In this document: positions 24,272 to 36,202 of the stretch, piece after piece
Layout of the letters: every line of letters starts with the position of its first letter
Position numbering within the stretch: the stretch's first letter is position 1
NCBI RefSeq assembly: GCF_001194135.2
Contig: NC_069001.1
Location: 34,601,940-34,647,615 of the forward strand
DNA: 45,676 nt
Direction of reading: 5' to 3'
DNA from: Octopus bimaculoides
Taxonomy: Eukaryota
Program-made: the position numbers and the translations under genes
Notes under the pieces: generated by a model
The model's input: the letters and a program-made list of their open reading frames with translations, nothing else
Told to the model about the DNA's origin: nothing
The model's database searches: none

Positions 24272-24662
24272 CTTCATATCACACAAAAAAACATCAGCCT
24301 TTAAAATAGAGGAGAATACATTAGGGAATATAGTCGTAGATATACAGTCTACAAGAAAAAAATTGGTGGTTTTGTCATGGCTGGAATGCTTTTGATTATT
24401 GGTTGAATTGATCAGAGACAAACAGGAGCCAAACTACAACAGTAATAATTTGCCTGTCTTGTACAGTGGATAGCTACACATTATCCACTGTTTTAATCAA
24501 TCCTGTATCATTACATTCAATTAAGTGAAAACAAAGCAGCAATAAAAATAAATAGTTTATCTTGATTTTTCTGTATAAAACAATGATTCTGTCCACATGG
24601 TCGAAAGCTTATGGCTTATCTGATTTTTACCATTTCAAATATAGAGTGTCTATTTTTAAACG

Positions 24663-25503
24663 TACAAGATACATTCCAGAAGTTCTGAAACCTTTTTACA
24701 AGTGCCCTGGATTATTGTTAGTTTAGTTTATAGTCAATATGCATCTAATAAGCTGACCTGCCAACGTTTTTTTTTTTCAAGATTGAAGGAGATACTGTAA
24801 CAGCACTTTAAACACACCCTACTGAACGCTACTTGTCACAGCTGATTGGTTTTCAGAATGCTGTCAAGGTGAAGACAACATGGAAGCTTGCTATGCAATA
24901 AAGTTTTGTGTTAAATTGGACAAAAATGCTTCAGACATTTGCAAAATGCTCAAGACTGCTTATGGATTAACTTGTATGAGCTGAGCATCTGTTTTTTTGT
25001 TGGCACAAAAGGCCAGGCAAACCAAGTCCACTGGGAAGCTTATGATGATCCCCTTTTTTGACAGCAACGGCATCATCTGCATCCACTAGGTTCCCTCTGG
25101 CTGGACGACCAACAAAGAGTGCTTTGTGGTGGTTTTGAAGGAGTTCTGGAACAGATTTCATCACAGTGTTAGAGCATCGGCACCAGGACAATGCACCAGT
25201 CCCCAATTACATCCTGGTAATCAACTACTTGATAGAAATAGACATCAAAACGGTCCCTCACCCACTGCCCCTTATGGTCCTGACTTTGCTCTCTGTTCCT
25301 CAAACTGAAGGAGAAAACAGAGGAGGTTGTGGCAAAGGTCCTGGGCACCTTCAGTTTGGAGGGCTTCCATGGGGTCTTCATGAAGTGACTGGAGTACTAA
25401 AACAGAAGATCTTACTTTGAAGGAGATAAGGATTTTGTACTTAATTGAAATTAATGAACGTCTCTCTTGCAAAAGTTTCAAAACTTCTGGGATGCTTCTT
25501 GTA
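24663..25503 (+). mobile_element. Internally deleted mariner element (837 bp) with both TIRs and TA TSD; transposase pseudogene
   Basis: TIRs CAAGATACATTCCAGAAGTTCTGAAAC and reverse complement CAAGAAGCATCCCAGAAGTTTTGAAAC (23/27). Translations YAIKFCVKLDKNASDICKMLKTAYG, KLMMIPFFDSNG, HQDNAP, PYGPDFA and YFEGDK. Confidence 0.95.
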
Positions 25504-25524
25504 TATATATGTCCTCTCAGCAGT

Positions 25525-25640
25525 GGTTGGTTGGTCTGAGGCTGGAACAGAAGACAATTGCCCAGGGTTGCATGCAATGAAAAGTTCAGTTTGCATTCAA
25601 GTGATCAAGAAGCAAATCTTTCAACCACACAGCCATGCCT
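25525..25640 (-). mobile_element. Family A SINE head fragment
   Basis: GAAGACAATTGCCCAGGGTTGC...AACCACACAGCCATGCCT. Confidence 0.7.
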
Positions 25641-25753
25641 GGATCCATATCATTCAATACATAAGTGTATGTGCATATGGTGCACACGTGTACATTTAGA
25701 TATATGCATGTATGTATGTATGTGTGTGTATGTATGTGTGTGTGTGTGTGTGT

Positions 25754-25784
<31 letters not shown>

Positions 25785-25954
25785 CCTAGTATTGAGCATG
25801 CAGTGTGTTGAAGCAACTCAGTTGTCATTCACTGGTATTATGCTGGTAGTATGTAAACATACACACACACACTTATCTATATATATAAATATACATAAAG
25901 GCAAATACAATATAGGTACCCAATTCTCTCCCTCTTCACCTCTCTCTCTCTCTT

Positions 25955-25992
<38 letters not shown>

Positions 25993-26002
25993 NNNNNNNN
26001 NN

Positions 26003-26051
<49 letters not shown>

Positions 26052-26739
26052 TATAAATGTGTATGTATGTAGCTATTTATCACCAACATATCTCTCTTGT
26101 TACAGATTAGGTTCAAACCAGATCAATAACCAAAATAAGATCAGCAGACCTGTTCATTGTTTCCTTGTTGCTGTTTTTTTTTTCTCTATTGATCCGATCC
26201 TTACTAGATTACTAAGTCAGCCATTGTTTCTTCTTTTTTTTTTTCTTTTTGTTTGTTTCAATTTCTTTTTTTTTTTTTTGTTTTCATTCTTCTTTATCAC
26301 ATTAACAATCAGATCAATAAATAGTATCCTGTAATATTCAGTCAATGATATGTTCCGCTATTAACTTCTTAATCAATTAAATGTCGGAAATTTGGTTTAA
26401 TTTTCCAAGATAGCAATCTGGCTTGTTTATGAAAAGCAAAGCAGAAAAAATATCCCACTTGTGTTCTAACATGATTGTGCATGTATGGGATTTACATGGA
26501 TTTTGTGGGAATTACATGTGTGTGTGTGTGTGTGTTTGTGTGAATGGATGTGAAGGTATGTGCATGTGTGTATGTATGTGTGTGCTTGTGTGTGTGTGTG
26601 CATGTTTGTATTTGCTTGGTGTGGGAAGCATGGAGGAATGTGTTATATGTGAGTAAAACACATTTAAAAGACAGCTTAAAAGCTATAAAAATAAAATAGG
26701 TCTATATACCAAACACTTTCATATTTATAATATATAGAG

Positions 26740-26775
<36 letters not shown>

Positions 26776-26976
26776 CTATATATATATATATATATATGTA
26801 TGTATATACCAGGATGGCCACAGTCTTAACACTGATACTACTAAAAAGAATATATATATATCTGTGTGTGTATATATGTGTGCATGTGTATTTGTGTTTA
26901 TGCATGTATGCATGTATCCATGCATGTATGTATGTATGTATGTATGCATGTATGTATGTATGTGGATCATGTTTGC

Positions 26977-27338
26977 CAGTGTTTCTCAAACATGTTTTGA
27001 TTTTATGGTACCACAGAGATCAAACAGAAAATTATAGCTGCAATTCACATGGTAAATTTAACAAAAAATTAATAAAAACCCCCAAAGAAATTGTTTTGAA
27101 GTTAAAAATATGCAAATACAAAAAAAATAATAAATAACATATATAAAAAAACATTATTTTATGGAACATTTATGTGTGTAACAAAATTAAGAACACCATG
27201 TATTCCATTCCAAGCCACTCAACCATTAGTATGGATGTTCTAAAGCATTACGTTATCTTTTTAAAAATCTGCAGTGCATGCTTGATGCCTCAACTGTGCT
27301 GCACCAGTGTGGTATGATGCACTGTTTGACAACCATTG
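26977..27338. mobile_element. hAT-like MITE
   Basis: TIR CAGTGTTTCTCAAAC versus reverse complement CAATGGTTGTCAAAC (12/15); 8-bp TSD not preserved. Confidence 0.6.
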
Positions 27339-27446
27339 GTGCATTGCATCCTTGATGTGACAGAAATCTTGGAAGACGGATTATTATGCTTAGTCATCAG
27401 ATGCAAGTGAGCAGGTACCTGGAGGATGGTACCACACTTCTGATAA

Positions 27447-28144
27447 TTGCTGAATCTCTTCCATGTCATGCCTTAATTTTAATATCATGTCACACTCTTC
27501 CAACAGTTTCTGCAATGTCAAATCCTGGTTCATTTCCAATTTTTCTAAAATTTTCATTCGGATTTCTACATTCATTTTATCTGTAAATCCTTGTGCAAAA
27601 ATCAAACACTTGAAAGAATCTGGAGTAAGCATATCCAACCTAAATCTCTTACATTCTTTGTTGACTCTGCCTGTGTAAGTAGTGAAGTTTTCATCTTTTC
27701 TATATTTAAACATTTCTATCCAGTATTAAACATTGAGCTCTTTTCACTTAAAATTTTGCACAAAATGTCAACTGTGTCGGTGAAATTTATGCCGGTTGCT
27801 TTATTTTTGGCTATATGAAGTTACTATACTTCTCATGCTCTGCTGTGGCTAGTTTTCTTAACATTAGATGCGTTTATATTCTGTCTGTTCAATCCTGGTC
27901 TTCTTTTTCAAGAATTTGTTCAAGTTTTTGAAAGTAAGCCTCGATGGTTACTCCTTCTCTGGGGTCATATTTGAATTCGCTAATGGAATTTGCTACATGG
28001 TCAGACAAAAATGTATTCTCCGGTTTGGTTACCAACTTAATTAGTTGTAACATTTGCTGCTGCAATCCTTGTTGTTCTCGTTGTTCTTGGAGTTGTTTTT
28101 TGCTGTTTTTGCAACTCAACTACCCCAGCTAACAAGTCTTCCAT
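27447..28144 (-). pseudogene. Ty3/Gypsy gag pseudogene (K02A2.6-like lineage)
   Basis: MEDLLAGVVELQKQ..., DHVANSISEFKYDPREGVTIEAYFQK, LMLRKLATAEHEK, KDENFTTYTGRVNKECKRF, PDSFKCLIFAQG and LTLQKLLEEC match this Gag family; several stops and frameshifts. Confidence 0.9.
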
Positions 28145-28274
28145 ATTTTACGATTTTCATAAGTTTGCACACAAGATTTTTGTTTCTTTTTGTCAAGCTA
28201 TTTAATTTTTCACATGAATTAGTTTAAACTCTCCGTCTGAATGTTTTTCTATTAATTCTGTGTAAATTTGTTTT

Positions 28275-28286
28275 TCCTCGTCACCA
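28275..28286 (-). promoter_or_regulatory. LTR-retrotransposon primer-binding site TGGTGACGAGGA
   Basis: Follows an LTR-type ...TTACAACA end by 1 nt; 11/12 match to TGGCGACGAGGA, the complement of the metazoan tRNA-Ser(GCU) 3' end. Confidence 0.8.
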
Positions 28287-28287
28287 C

Positions 28288-28811
28288 TGTTGTAAAGTGG
28301 GTTCCTTCCACTGGTGTGATGTGTGACTGCTGTTGTATGGTAGTTGCTGTTTTACACTAGTAGCAACAATAGCTATTAGTCATCGGATACTGTGGTATCT
28401 CTTCATACCAAAATGGTAATACACTAACTTCTTCTGTCTTACTATCACTGATAGCTCCACAAGACATGGGACTGCACTTAGAAAGTTACCCTCCGAGGCA
28501 CATGTCTGGACAAGTTTGTTTATGGAAGACCAGTGGTCACCTATGAATACCAGCTTCCTCTCTCCATACCATCGATGTTATTCAAGGAAAAGGCAAAAGC
28601 TGATACAGCTTGGAATCAGTGACATGGCAACTCATTTCTACAGCTGAGTGAACTGGAACAACATAAAATAAAGTGTCTTGCTCAAGAACACAACACACAG
28701 CCCGGTCCAGGAATCGAACTCACTACCTCATGATTGTGAGCCTGATGCTCTAACCACTGAGCCATGTGCCTTCAGGTGTACAAGTATTGTATACACTAAC
28801 TAATTTCTACA
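28288..28811 (-). mobile_element. Putative 5' LTR of the Gypsy element, interrupted by a SINE; distal boundary uncertain
   Basis: The ...CA end next to the PBS is firm. The TGT start at 28811 is a guess; no second LTR is visible. Confidence 0.4.
28463..28775 (-). mobile_element. Full-length tRNA-headed SINE, family D
   Basis: Minus strand: TGGCTCAGTGGTTAG A-box, GAGTTCGATTCC B-box, GTGTTCTTGAGCAAGACACTTT central block. Confidence 0.9.
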
Positions 28812-29269
28812 TATCATTTTTTTAAAAATTTCCTTATTGACGAATATGTAGCAAGAAAGCTATGAAGAATCACAATGAAACCATTTGACTTCTGCACCAC
28901 CGCTTAGCAATAACTGGATTTCCTGAAGTGGCTGTAGCTGCTATGAGTTATATTTTCTGTCAGCTCCAGACTTGTAAAGGTTAACTCATTTTGAATCTAT
29001 ATTTTATGTGTAGTGGTCGTTATACATGACATGCGTCAATGGGTGTGAAATGTGAAGGATTAACTAATTTAAAACAGGATTAACAGTGTGAAGAGCAATA
29101 TGTATCAGTGAATTATTGATGTTGCTTTTAGCCATGTTCTTGAAAGGGTTAACTTGTTAAGAAATGAGATTTAGCATCAGAATAGCCGGAGAGTAGCCAG
29201 TTTGACATACACTCTAAGCTGCAATGAAGTCTGAATAAAAGGCTTAACACTTTGGCAATGAAATTTAGT

Positions 29270-29346
29270 CATATATATATATATATATAAATATTTATAT
29301 ACGTATGTATGTATATGTGTGTGTGTGTATGTGTATATGTATGTAT

Positions 29347-29380
<34 letters not shown>

Positions 29381-29559
29381 GTATATATATGTATGTATGT
29401 ATATATATATATATATTTATATATGTATGTATATATATGTGTGTGTGTGTATGTGTATATGTATATATATATGTATGTATGGATATATATGTATGTATGT
29501 ATATATATGTATGTATGTATATATATATATAAATATTTATATACGTATGTATGTATATG
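29270..29559. repeat. Higher-order (~120-125 bp) repeat built from TA/TATG/TG microsatellites
   Basis: ATTTATATA-(C/T)GTATGTAT.. restarts at ~29292, ~29416 and ~29534. Confidence 0.75.
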
Positions 29560-29662
29560 NNNNNNNNNNNNNNNNNNNNNNNNNNNNNNNNNNNNNNNNN
29601 NNNNNNNNNNNNNNNNNNNNNNNNNNNNNNNNNNNNNNNNNNNNNNNNNNNNNNNNNNNNNN

Positions 29663-29695
<33 letters not shown>

Positions 29696-29774
29696 ACACA
29701 TACATATATATATGTATGTATGCATGTTGTAGCTGTTGTTTTGTCTTTTATCATTTTTGGCGGGTTTTTTATGT

Positions 29775-30135
29775 GTTTCAGCTGAAATTTGACTGCAGCC
29801 ATGCTGGAGCACTGCCTTGCAGGGTTTTAGTCAAACAAATCAACCCCAGGAGGATTTAATTTTTTAAAACCTAGTCCTTATTTTATCAGTCTTTTTTGCT
29901 GAAGTGCTAAGTTACGTAACACAACACTGGTTGCTGAGTGGTGCTAGGGGACAAGCACAAACGAAGATGCACACACACACACACACACACTTCCACATAG
30001 TTTCCTTTTACCAAATTGGTCACCTTGGGGCTGTAATAGAAAACACTTGTTGCCAAAGGTACTATGCAATGGAACTGAACCTAAAACCCACATTGTTGCA
30101 AAACAAACTTCCTAGTCGCAGAGCCATGCTTGTGC
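29775..30135 (-). mobile_element. Diverged near-full family A SINE
   Basis: GACTGCAGCCATGCTGGAGCAC...CA tract...GCCAAAGGTACTATGCAATGGAACTGAACC. Confidence 0.82.
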
Positions 30136-30310
30136 TTAGAGAAAGAAGCAGAAAAAATAACTGAAGGGAAACGAAATAATTGTTATTTTGCTGTACTGAA
30201 GTAGGAGGTCTCAAAATATGTAAATGTTATTAGCACCTCTTGCCACCAATAAAAACAAAGAAAATAAAAATAAAAAAGGAATAGAGGTGGTAATGCAATC
30301 ACTGAAACAC

Positions 30311-30341
<31 letters not shown>

Positions 30342-31040
30342 AGCTTGGTGATTCTAGTTATGTACCAATGTGGATCTAGGAATATACAATAAAATTATTA
30401 GGCACTTTTAGTACGGTTCTTATTATATCTGCCTGTAAGGAATTCAGTCAAAACATTTTAGCATTTATTTTGGGAAGAGAGAAGAATAAAAGGGAAGGAG
30501 GTAAAAAAAAAAAATAATACAAATAACACTAATAAAGAATAGAAAAGGAAAACAAGAACTTTATCAAGACTGGTACTACCACCACCACCACCACCACCAC
30601 CACCACCAACACCAGCGACAATAATAACAACAACAACAGCAGCAGCGGTGTAGCAACTAGTAATAAATATTGCCTTTAGCTTGACTTTTACAAACATTTC
30701 TTCAGCAATCTTGTCAAGATGGAAGTTAATTGGTATAAGAGAAATATCAAAGATTTCTATTGTGTAAAGCATTGGACTGCACCAACGAAGTAAATGGTTT
30801 TTATTAATAGTATTTAAAAGCAATTTTCATGCAAGTAGATATTACACATTTCTTTTTAAAACAACCAAATGAAGAGGCATTTATAAACATTACGTTAATT
30901 ATATCGTTAGGAAAATAGCTCCTTAAATGTTATTTGGCCCTCCTTATCTCCCTCCGCCCCCTCCATCCTCTCTTTGTACCGAGAACTTGTTCAAAGAATT
31001 CAATGCATCTGCTGTAATTCTATTTATATTTCCTACTTAC

Positions 31041-31126
31041 AAGCAGAACATCGTATCAGAGTTTAGCTCTGAGCTAGCATCGTTGAGTTCACCATCTTCA
31101 CCGTCTCTTCGCTCATTACTGTCAAA
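31041..31126 (-). CDS. Candidate internal coding exon of an unidentified gene (FDSNERRDGEDGELNDASSELNSDTMFC-)
   Basis: Pyrimidine-rich ...CCAACTCAG acceptor, CTT|GTAAGT donor, open frame, G-first codon bias and CpG enrichment against background. No homologue recognised. Confidence 0.5.
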
Positions 31127-31166
31127 CTGAGTTGGAATGGTTGATGAGAGGAAGCAGTGTAGGATT

Positions 31167-31510
31167 GGAATATTTTCATCATCATCATCATCGTCATCAT
31201 CGTCATCATCGTCATCATCATCATCATCATCATCATCATCGTCATCATCATTGTCATCATCATCATCATCATCGTCATCATCATCATCATCCTCATTTAA
31301 CATCTGTTTTCCATTCTGGCATGGGTTGGTCTGCTTGACTGGAACTGGCAATGCCAGGGGGTTGCACCTGGTTTCATAGACTGTTTTGGCATGGCTTCTA
31401 CAGCTGGATGCCCTTCCTAATGCCAACCACTTTACAGGGTGCTCTGGATGCTTTTTATGTGGCTCCAGTATGAGCGCTTTTTATGTGGCATCAGCACCAA
31501 TGCTTTTAAT
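31167..31510 (-). mobile_element. RTE 3' UTR with a very long (GAT/GAC)n tail (31167-31292)
   Basis: TTTAACATCTGTTTTCCATTCTGGCATGGG...CTACAGCTGGATGCCCTTCC. Confidence 0.9.
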
Positions 31511-32258
31511 TTTTCTGCCATATAAGGGCATTTTCTGACAAGCATCACAATTAGGATGTATGTACAGAGTTCACATTTAGTAACCAGAAACACCAAAGTA
31601 AAATGGCAGCATAACTTGGACTCTCCAGTCTGTTACAGAAATGACCCACAAACTGAGAGTCACCTGTTGATTTAACCATCATTGGATCTTATTTATTGCT
31701 TAATGGATTTGAAGAATCATAATCAACATCAGATGGAGGTTGATGAGTCAGACTCTCTCAGGTCAGAGAAAAATCTACTTCATTGAATTCACCTGACCCA
31801 TACAAGCATAGAAAAATAAACACAAAAATGTCAATGGTGATGTTGACACTGGTGACGAGACGTCATCTCATATGTTTCTACATTTCTAAAAACGGTAGTG
31901 TGTATTTTAAGAAAGATTTAGCTGCTATTTCTAACAGGTCAAGTGGCTGTATAGAAGTTCCCCCTGTTGGTTTACTTCCCAAATCTTTACGGTTGATTAG
32001 CAAACACTGTAAATATCAACTTTCCTTCATATTAGACACACATTTCAAATTAAAAATGCTTCCACTATTTATCTTGGTTTAAGTCAACATCCTGTATCGG
32101 TGATTGATTTCACAATGTATTGATCTTATTTGAAGGGTTCTGTTTAGCTAACTTGTTCAGTCACTTCTTAAATAACTTCTATGAATGTTATCATGCTGAT
32201 CCCTGACAGTGATTCAAGATGTGTTTATGAAATTAATATTCTGTTATTACCTTTTATA

Positions 32259-33080
32259 TATCATCATCATCTTTTAACGTCCGTTTTCCATGCTGGGATG
32301 GGTTAGATGGTTCGACTGGGATTTGGGAAGCCAGGAGGCTGCACAAGGCGGTGAGTTGGCAGAAACATTAGCACACTGGGCGAAATGCTTAGCGGTATTT
32401 CATCTGCTGTTAAGTTCTGGGTTCAAATTCCACCGAGGTCGACTTTGCCTCATCCTTTCGGGGGCGATTAAATAAGTACCAGTTACGTACTGGAGTTGAT
32501 ATAATCAACTTAATCCGTTTGTCTGTCCTTGTTTGTCCCCTCTGTGTGTAGCCCCTTGTGGGCAGTACAGAAACAAAGGAGGCTGCACCAGGCTCCAATC
32601 TGATCTGGCAATGTTTCTACAGCTGGATGCCCTTCCTAACGCCAACCACTCTGAGAGTGTAGTGGGTGCTTTTTTAAGTGCCACCGATACAGGGGCGAGA
32701 GGGGGCTGGCATTGCCCATAAATGGATGGTGCTTTTTACATGCCACTGGCACAGAAGCCAGTCAAGGCGGCACTGGCATTGGCCACGTTTGGATGGTGCT
32801 TTTTACGTGCCACCAGCACGGGGATCAGAACTACAATTTCCATTTGATTGTGGTTTGCTTTGATTTTGATGTACTTGACTCAATAGGTCTCCTCAAGCAC
32901 GGCATGTCACTCTACAATCCAAGGTACTTTTGAGTGGACTGGTTCTGTGACAATGGTGTAGGTTACAGCTGTGAACTCACTTTATTTGCTGGGTCTTCTC
33001 AGTCACAGCATATCTCCAGAGGTCTCAGTCTTCTGTCATTGCCTCTGTGAGGTCCAATATTCGAAGTTCATGCTTCATCA
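32259..33080 (-). mobile_element. 5'-truncated RTE LINE (ORF2 C-terminus, full 3' UTR, GAT tail) interrupted by a SINE
   Basis: 33077-32977 translates MKHELRILDLTEAMTED*DLWRYAVTEKTQQIK*, homologous to 21699-21586, and runs on into the ubiquitous UTR. Confidence 0.9.
32347..32576 (+). mobile_element. Full-length family B SINE nested in the RTE, with 12-bp TSD
   Basis: GGCGGTGAGTTGGCAGAA head and GGGTTCAAATTCC B-box; AGGAGGCTGCAC at 32333-32344 and 32577-32588. Confidence 0.93.
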
Positions 33081-33082
33081 TA

Positions 33083-33123
<41 letters not shown>

Positions 33124-33689
33124 TGATTATTGGCTAAACTGGCAATATGACCATCCCCAAGTACAACAACATATATATATATAAATATAACGTGAGAGAG
33201 TTAGGGGTTGGGGGTACAACCCACTAAGGGATAGTATCTATCCAGTATACTGCTGGGAGGGTACCCAATTATTGCTACACTAGTGCTATACAAGGTGCAA
33301 TCAATGGGAGCGGGTAAAAGTGGAGGTTTTACCCAAAATTTGTGTAACAATTAGAAAATGGAGGATAATATGCTGAACCCAACTACTTGCAGACCGTGTA
33401 TCCCGTTGAATTTATTAATTTAATTCATAGCAAAAGTGACCAAAGAGAGGAAGAAAAGAAAAAGAAAGAAAGAACCAAAGCACAGGTGTCCATGGCAGAC
33501 TATGTTATTTTGCCAACATGGTTTACATATAGAAGTACAAAGTACATAAGGAATTAGAGGATGAACAGAAGTTTAATCTTACAGCTGTTACGGCCTAGTT
33601 TTGGCAGGCCCCATTCTATCCGAATATTCCTTTCTGGAGTGATTATCGGATGACATTTTGAAATAATAAATATATATATATATATATTG

Positions 33690-33910
33690 ATCTCTGCTGT
33701 GCATGCGCATGAAGTTTTAATGTTCTAGCTCACTTCCGCTGTTTACAGCAGTGCTTGGAAGGATGGTGTGTAGCATGTGATTAGCACATTGACCATGACA
33801 GAGAAAGTTGTCATGGTGATAGCAGCTCAGAGGCCTACACAAAGTTGCAGAAAGTGTATGAACCACTCACAAGTGTATGAGTGGTTCAGATGTCTCCAAG
33901 GCAGCCGAAA
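33690..33910 (+). pseudogene. Second mariner family: 5' transposase remnant with deletions
   Basis: MTEKV...SSEAYTKLQKVY...QVYEWFRCLQGSR resembles the mariner N-terminal HTH; sequence differs from the 24663 element. Confidence 0.7.
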
Positions 33911-33911
33911 A

Positions 33912-34163
33912 TTTGGGGCCTTGTGCCGAGAGTAGAAAACAATATATTGGTTTCAAACTTGAGCACAAGGCCATCAGCTTTGTGGGAAGGAGTCAGTTGA
34001 TTACATCCACCCAAGTACGTAACTGGTACTTATTTTATCGACCCTGAAAGAATGAAAGTCAAAGTCAACCTCAGAAAAATTTGAACTCAGAAGATAAAGA
34101 CAGACAAAATACTGCTAAGCATTCTGCCTGGCACAATAACGATTCTGCTAATTCGTTGCCTTA
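33912..34163. mobile_element. Tail-to-tail family B SINEs: short 3' end (+) 33912-33945 and full copy (-) 33950-34163
   Basis: GGGCCTTGTGCC..AGTAGAAA versus GCACAAGGCC...GGTACTTATTTTATCGACCC...TTTGAACTCAG. Confidence 0.82.
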
Positions 34164-34789
34164 ATAGTACCATTAATATATTAAGGTTAATTATATTAAG
34201 TTATTTTACACAGATTTAATAACCAGCTTTCTGTCTTACTTAAAGAAAATCAATAGGTTTTTACAATAAATATGTTTGGATAGAAATTATTAGAAACTTA
34301 AGCATAATTAACTATTTATGCCCTTGCTTAAGAAAACTTTAATCTAATTATTAAACTATTAACTGAGGAAATTCTTATTATTAATAAATAATTAGTATTT
34401 CATGTGTTGTTTTTTGAAAAAAAACAGCTTGCATTGTTACTTTGTGGCAATTTTCTCTGTTGAATTTTAGAAGGGATATAATACGTAAAGAATATGAATA
34501 AAGGATATACTGGTTAAAAAAAAAAGATGTATAAAAACAAAATATAAGGAGTTTCATGATAAATTCCCAGAAGTCCGTTTTGATAAAGTATCCCTAAAAC
34601 AGCATGCAATTGCCATAAATAGAAACCATATTTTGCAGTGAATTCATTGACTTGTTCTGGTGGTTGTGGAAGTGGTGGTTGGTGAGAGAGAGAGAGGGGG
34701 CAGAAAAATATTAAAAATGTAAGAAATATAGAAACGAGAGAGAATATCTTCAGTTAATCTCTTTAGGAAAAACAACTATTATTTTCACT

Positions 34790-34790
34790 A

Positions 34791-34841
<51 letters not shown>

Positions 34842-35258
34842 ATTATTATTATTATTACTACTACTACTACCACCAGCACGACCATCATCATCGTATTCCT
34901 CATCATCGTATTCCTCATCATCATCATTCTTCCGCTCCTTATCCTCCACCGTGTTGTTGTTATTACTGATGTTATTATTATTATTGTTAATATTACTATT
35001 ATTACTACCATTGTTATTGTTATTCTTATCATGATTACTATTATTATCATTATCAATATTATTATCATTATCAATATTATTATCATTATTCTCATTCTCA
35101 GATGTTCCCTAATATCAATGAAGTATGATTTATTTATTGATACACAACAGCAGCACTGCTCCTCTTTTCCCTTTTCTTCCTTTTATTATTATCATCATCA
35201 TCATCATTATTATTATTATTACCACCACCACCACCATCATTATTATTATTATTATTTT
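34790..35258. repeat. Compound trinucleotide field (ATT/ACT/ACC/ATC)
   Basis: Directly visible. Confidence 0.95.
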
Positions 35259-35656
35259 GTGCATACAAGACTTATTTGGAAAACAATAAACAACTGGTCG
35301 AAGAGTCACGTTAAATGTGAAATCAATATCGTAGCATGTTGAATTCAATGCACATTAACAGTTAAGTTGCCATAACATTACCACTGTGAATATCCATTTT
35401 CAATTCCACTTTGCCAAATCGTCGTGTTTAAGATGTGGATCAGACTGTAACTTCTTGAAAGATGTGGCTCTTCCAGCGTATGGCATCTATTTCATTCTAT
35501 TTCATTTTATTTTATTTTATTTATTGCAAAAAAATTTGATGGCATTGGTTAAGGGTCGAACTCAGATTACGAAGAACAGTAATTTAAAGCCTAATTTTGT
35601 CCTTTTTTCCTTTTATTTATTTGAATTATTTAATTTGCTTCTTTTTTTTTTGTCAG

Positions 35657-35712
35657 ATATTTTTGGGGGTTTTTTTGTGAATGATTATTCTCAAGAAATT
35701 GTGATGGAAATT
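35657..35712 (+). other. Candidate 56-nt exon (mostly UTR-like, ends ATG GAA ATT|GTAAGT)
   Basis: Strong T-rich acceptor ...TTTTTTTTTTGTCAG and ATT|GTAAGT donor; no other support. Confidence 0.3.
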
Positions 35713-35819
35713 GTAAGTGTATTACAAGAATTCTTTGTGTGAGAATTTAAATAAATGGTCGTTAATTCAAATCTTGATTGCATTTATTCCGCTTAATGAG
35801 TTTAACATTTGTTCCTTGT

Positions 35820-35864
<45 letters not shown>

Positions 35865-35888
35865 GTATTTGTCTGTCTCTGTTTGTGC

Positions 35889-35920
<32 letters not shown>

Positions 35921-36202
35921 ATACTTATTTGTATGCGTTTATGTTTGTATGTGGAGGCTTGTTTCCTATTGTTTGCTCAGTGTCTTTGCAACAGAGAGAT
36001 GTCATGTTAGAATTTTATTCTCTCATAAAACAAATGATATCATATGCTTTTAAAAATATTTCATTTCGTTTAATTACATTCCGCTTATGATATTTACTGC
36101 CCTAATGTTTTGTAGACAGACCATTTCAATGTCACTGGGTCTCTTCAGTGTGAATGAATGAAGAAATATATATATATATATATATATATATATTGATAAA
36201 TG

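Noticed and set aside
27447-28144. Domesticated Arc-like gag gene
   Set aside because: Multiple stops and frameshifts show neutral decay.
33480-33660. Possible Penelope-like terminus (TTACAGCTGTTACGGCC)
   Set aside because: Only a short motif recalled from memory; no RT or GIY-YIG sequence.
34545-34650. EFHDKFPEVRFDKVSLKQ.. frame
   Set aside because: A-rich non-consensus acceptor and weak donor.
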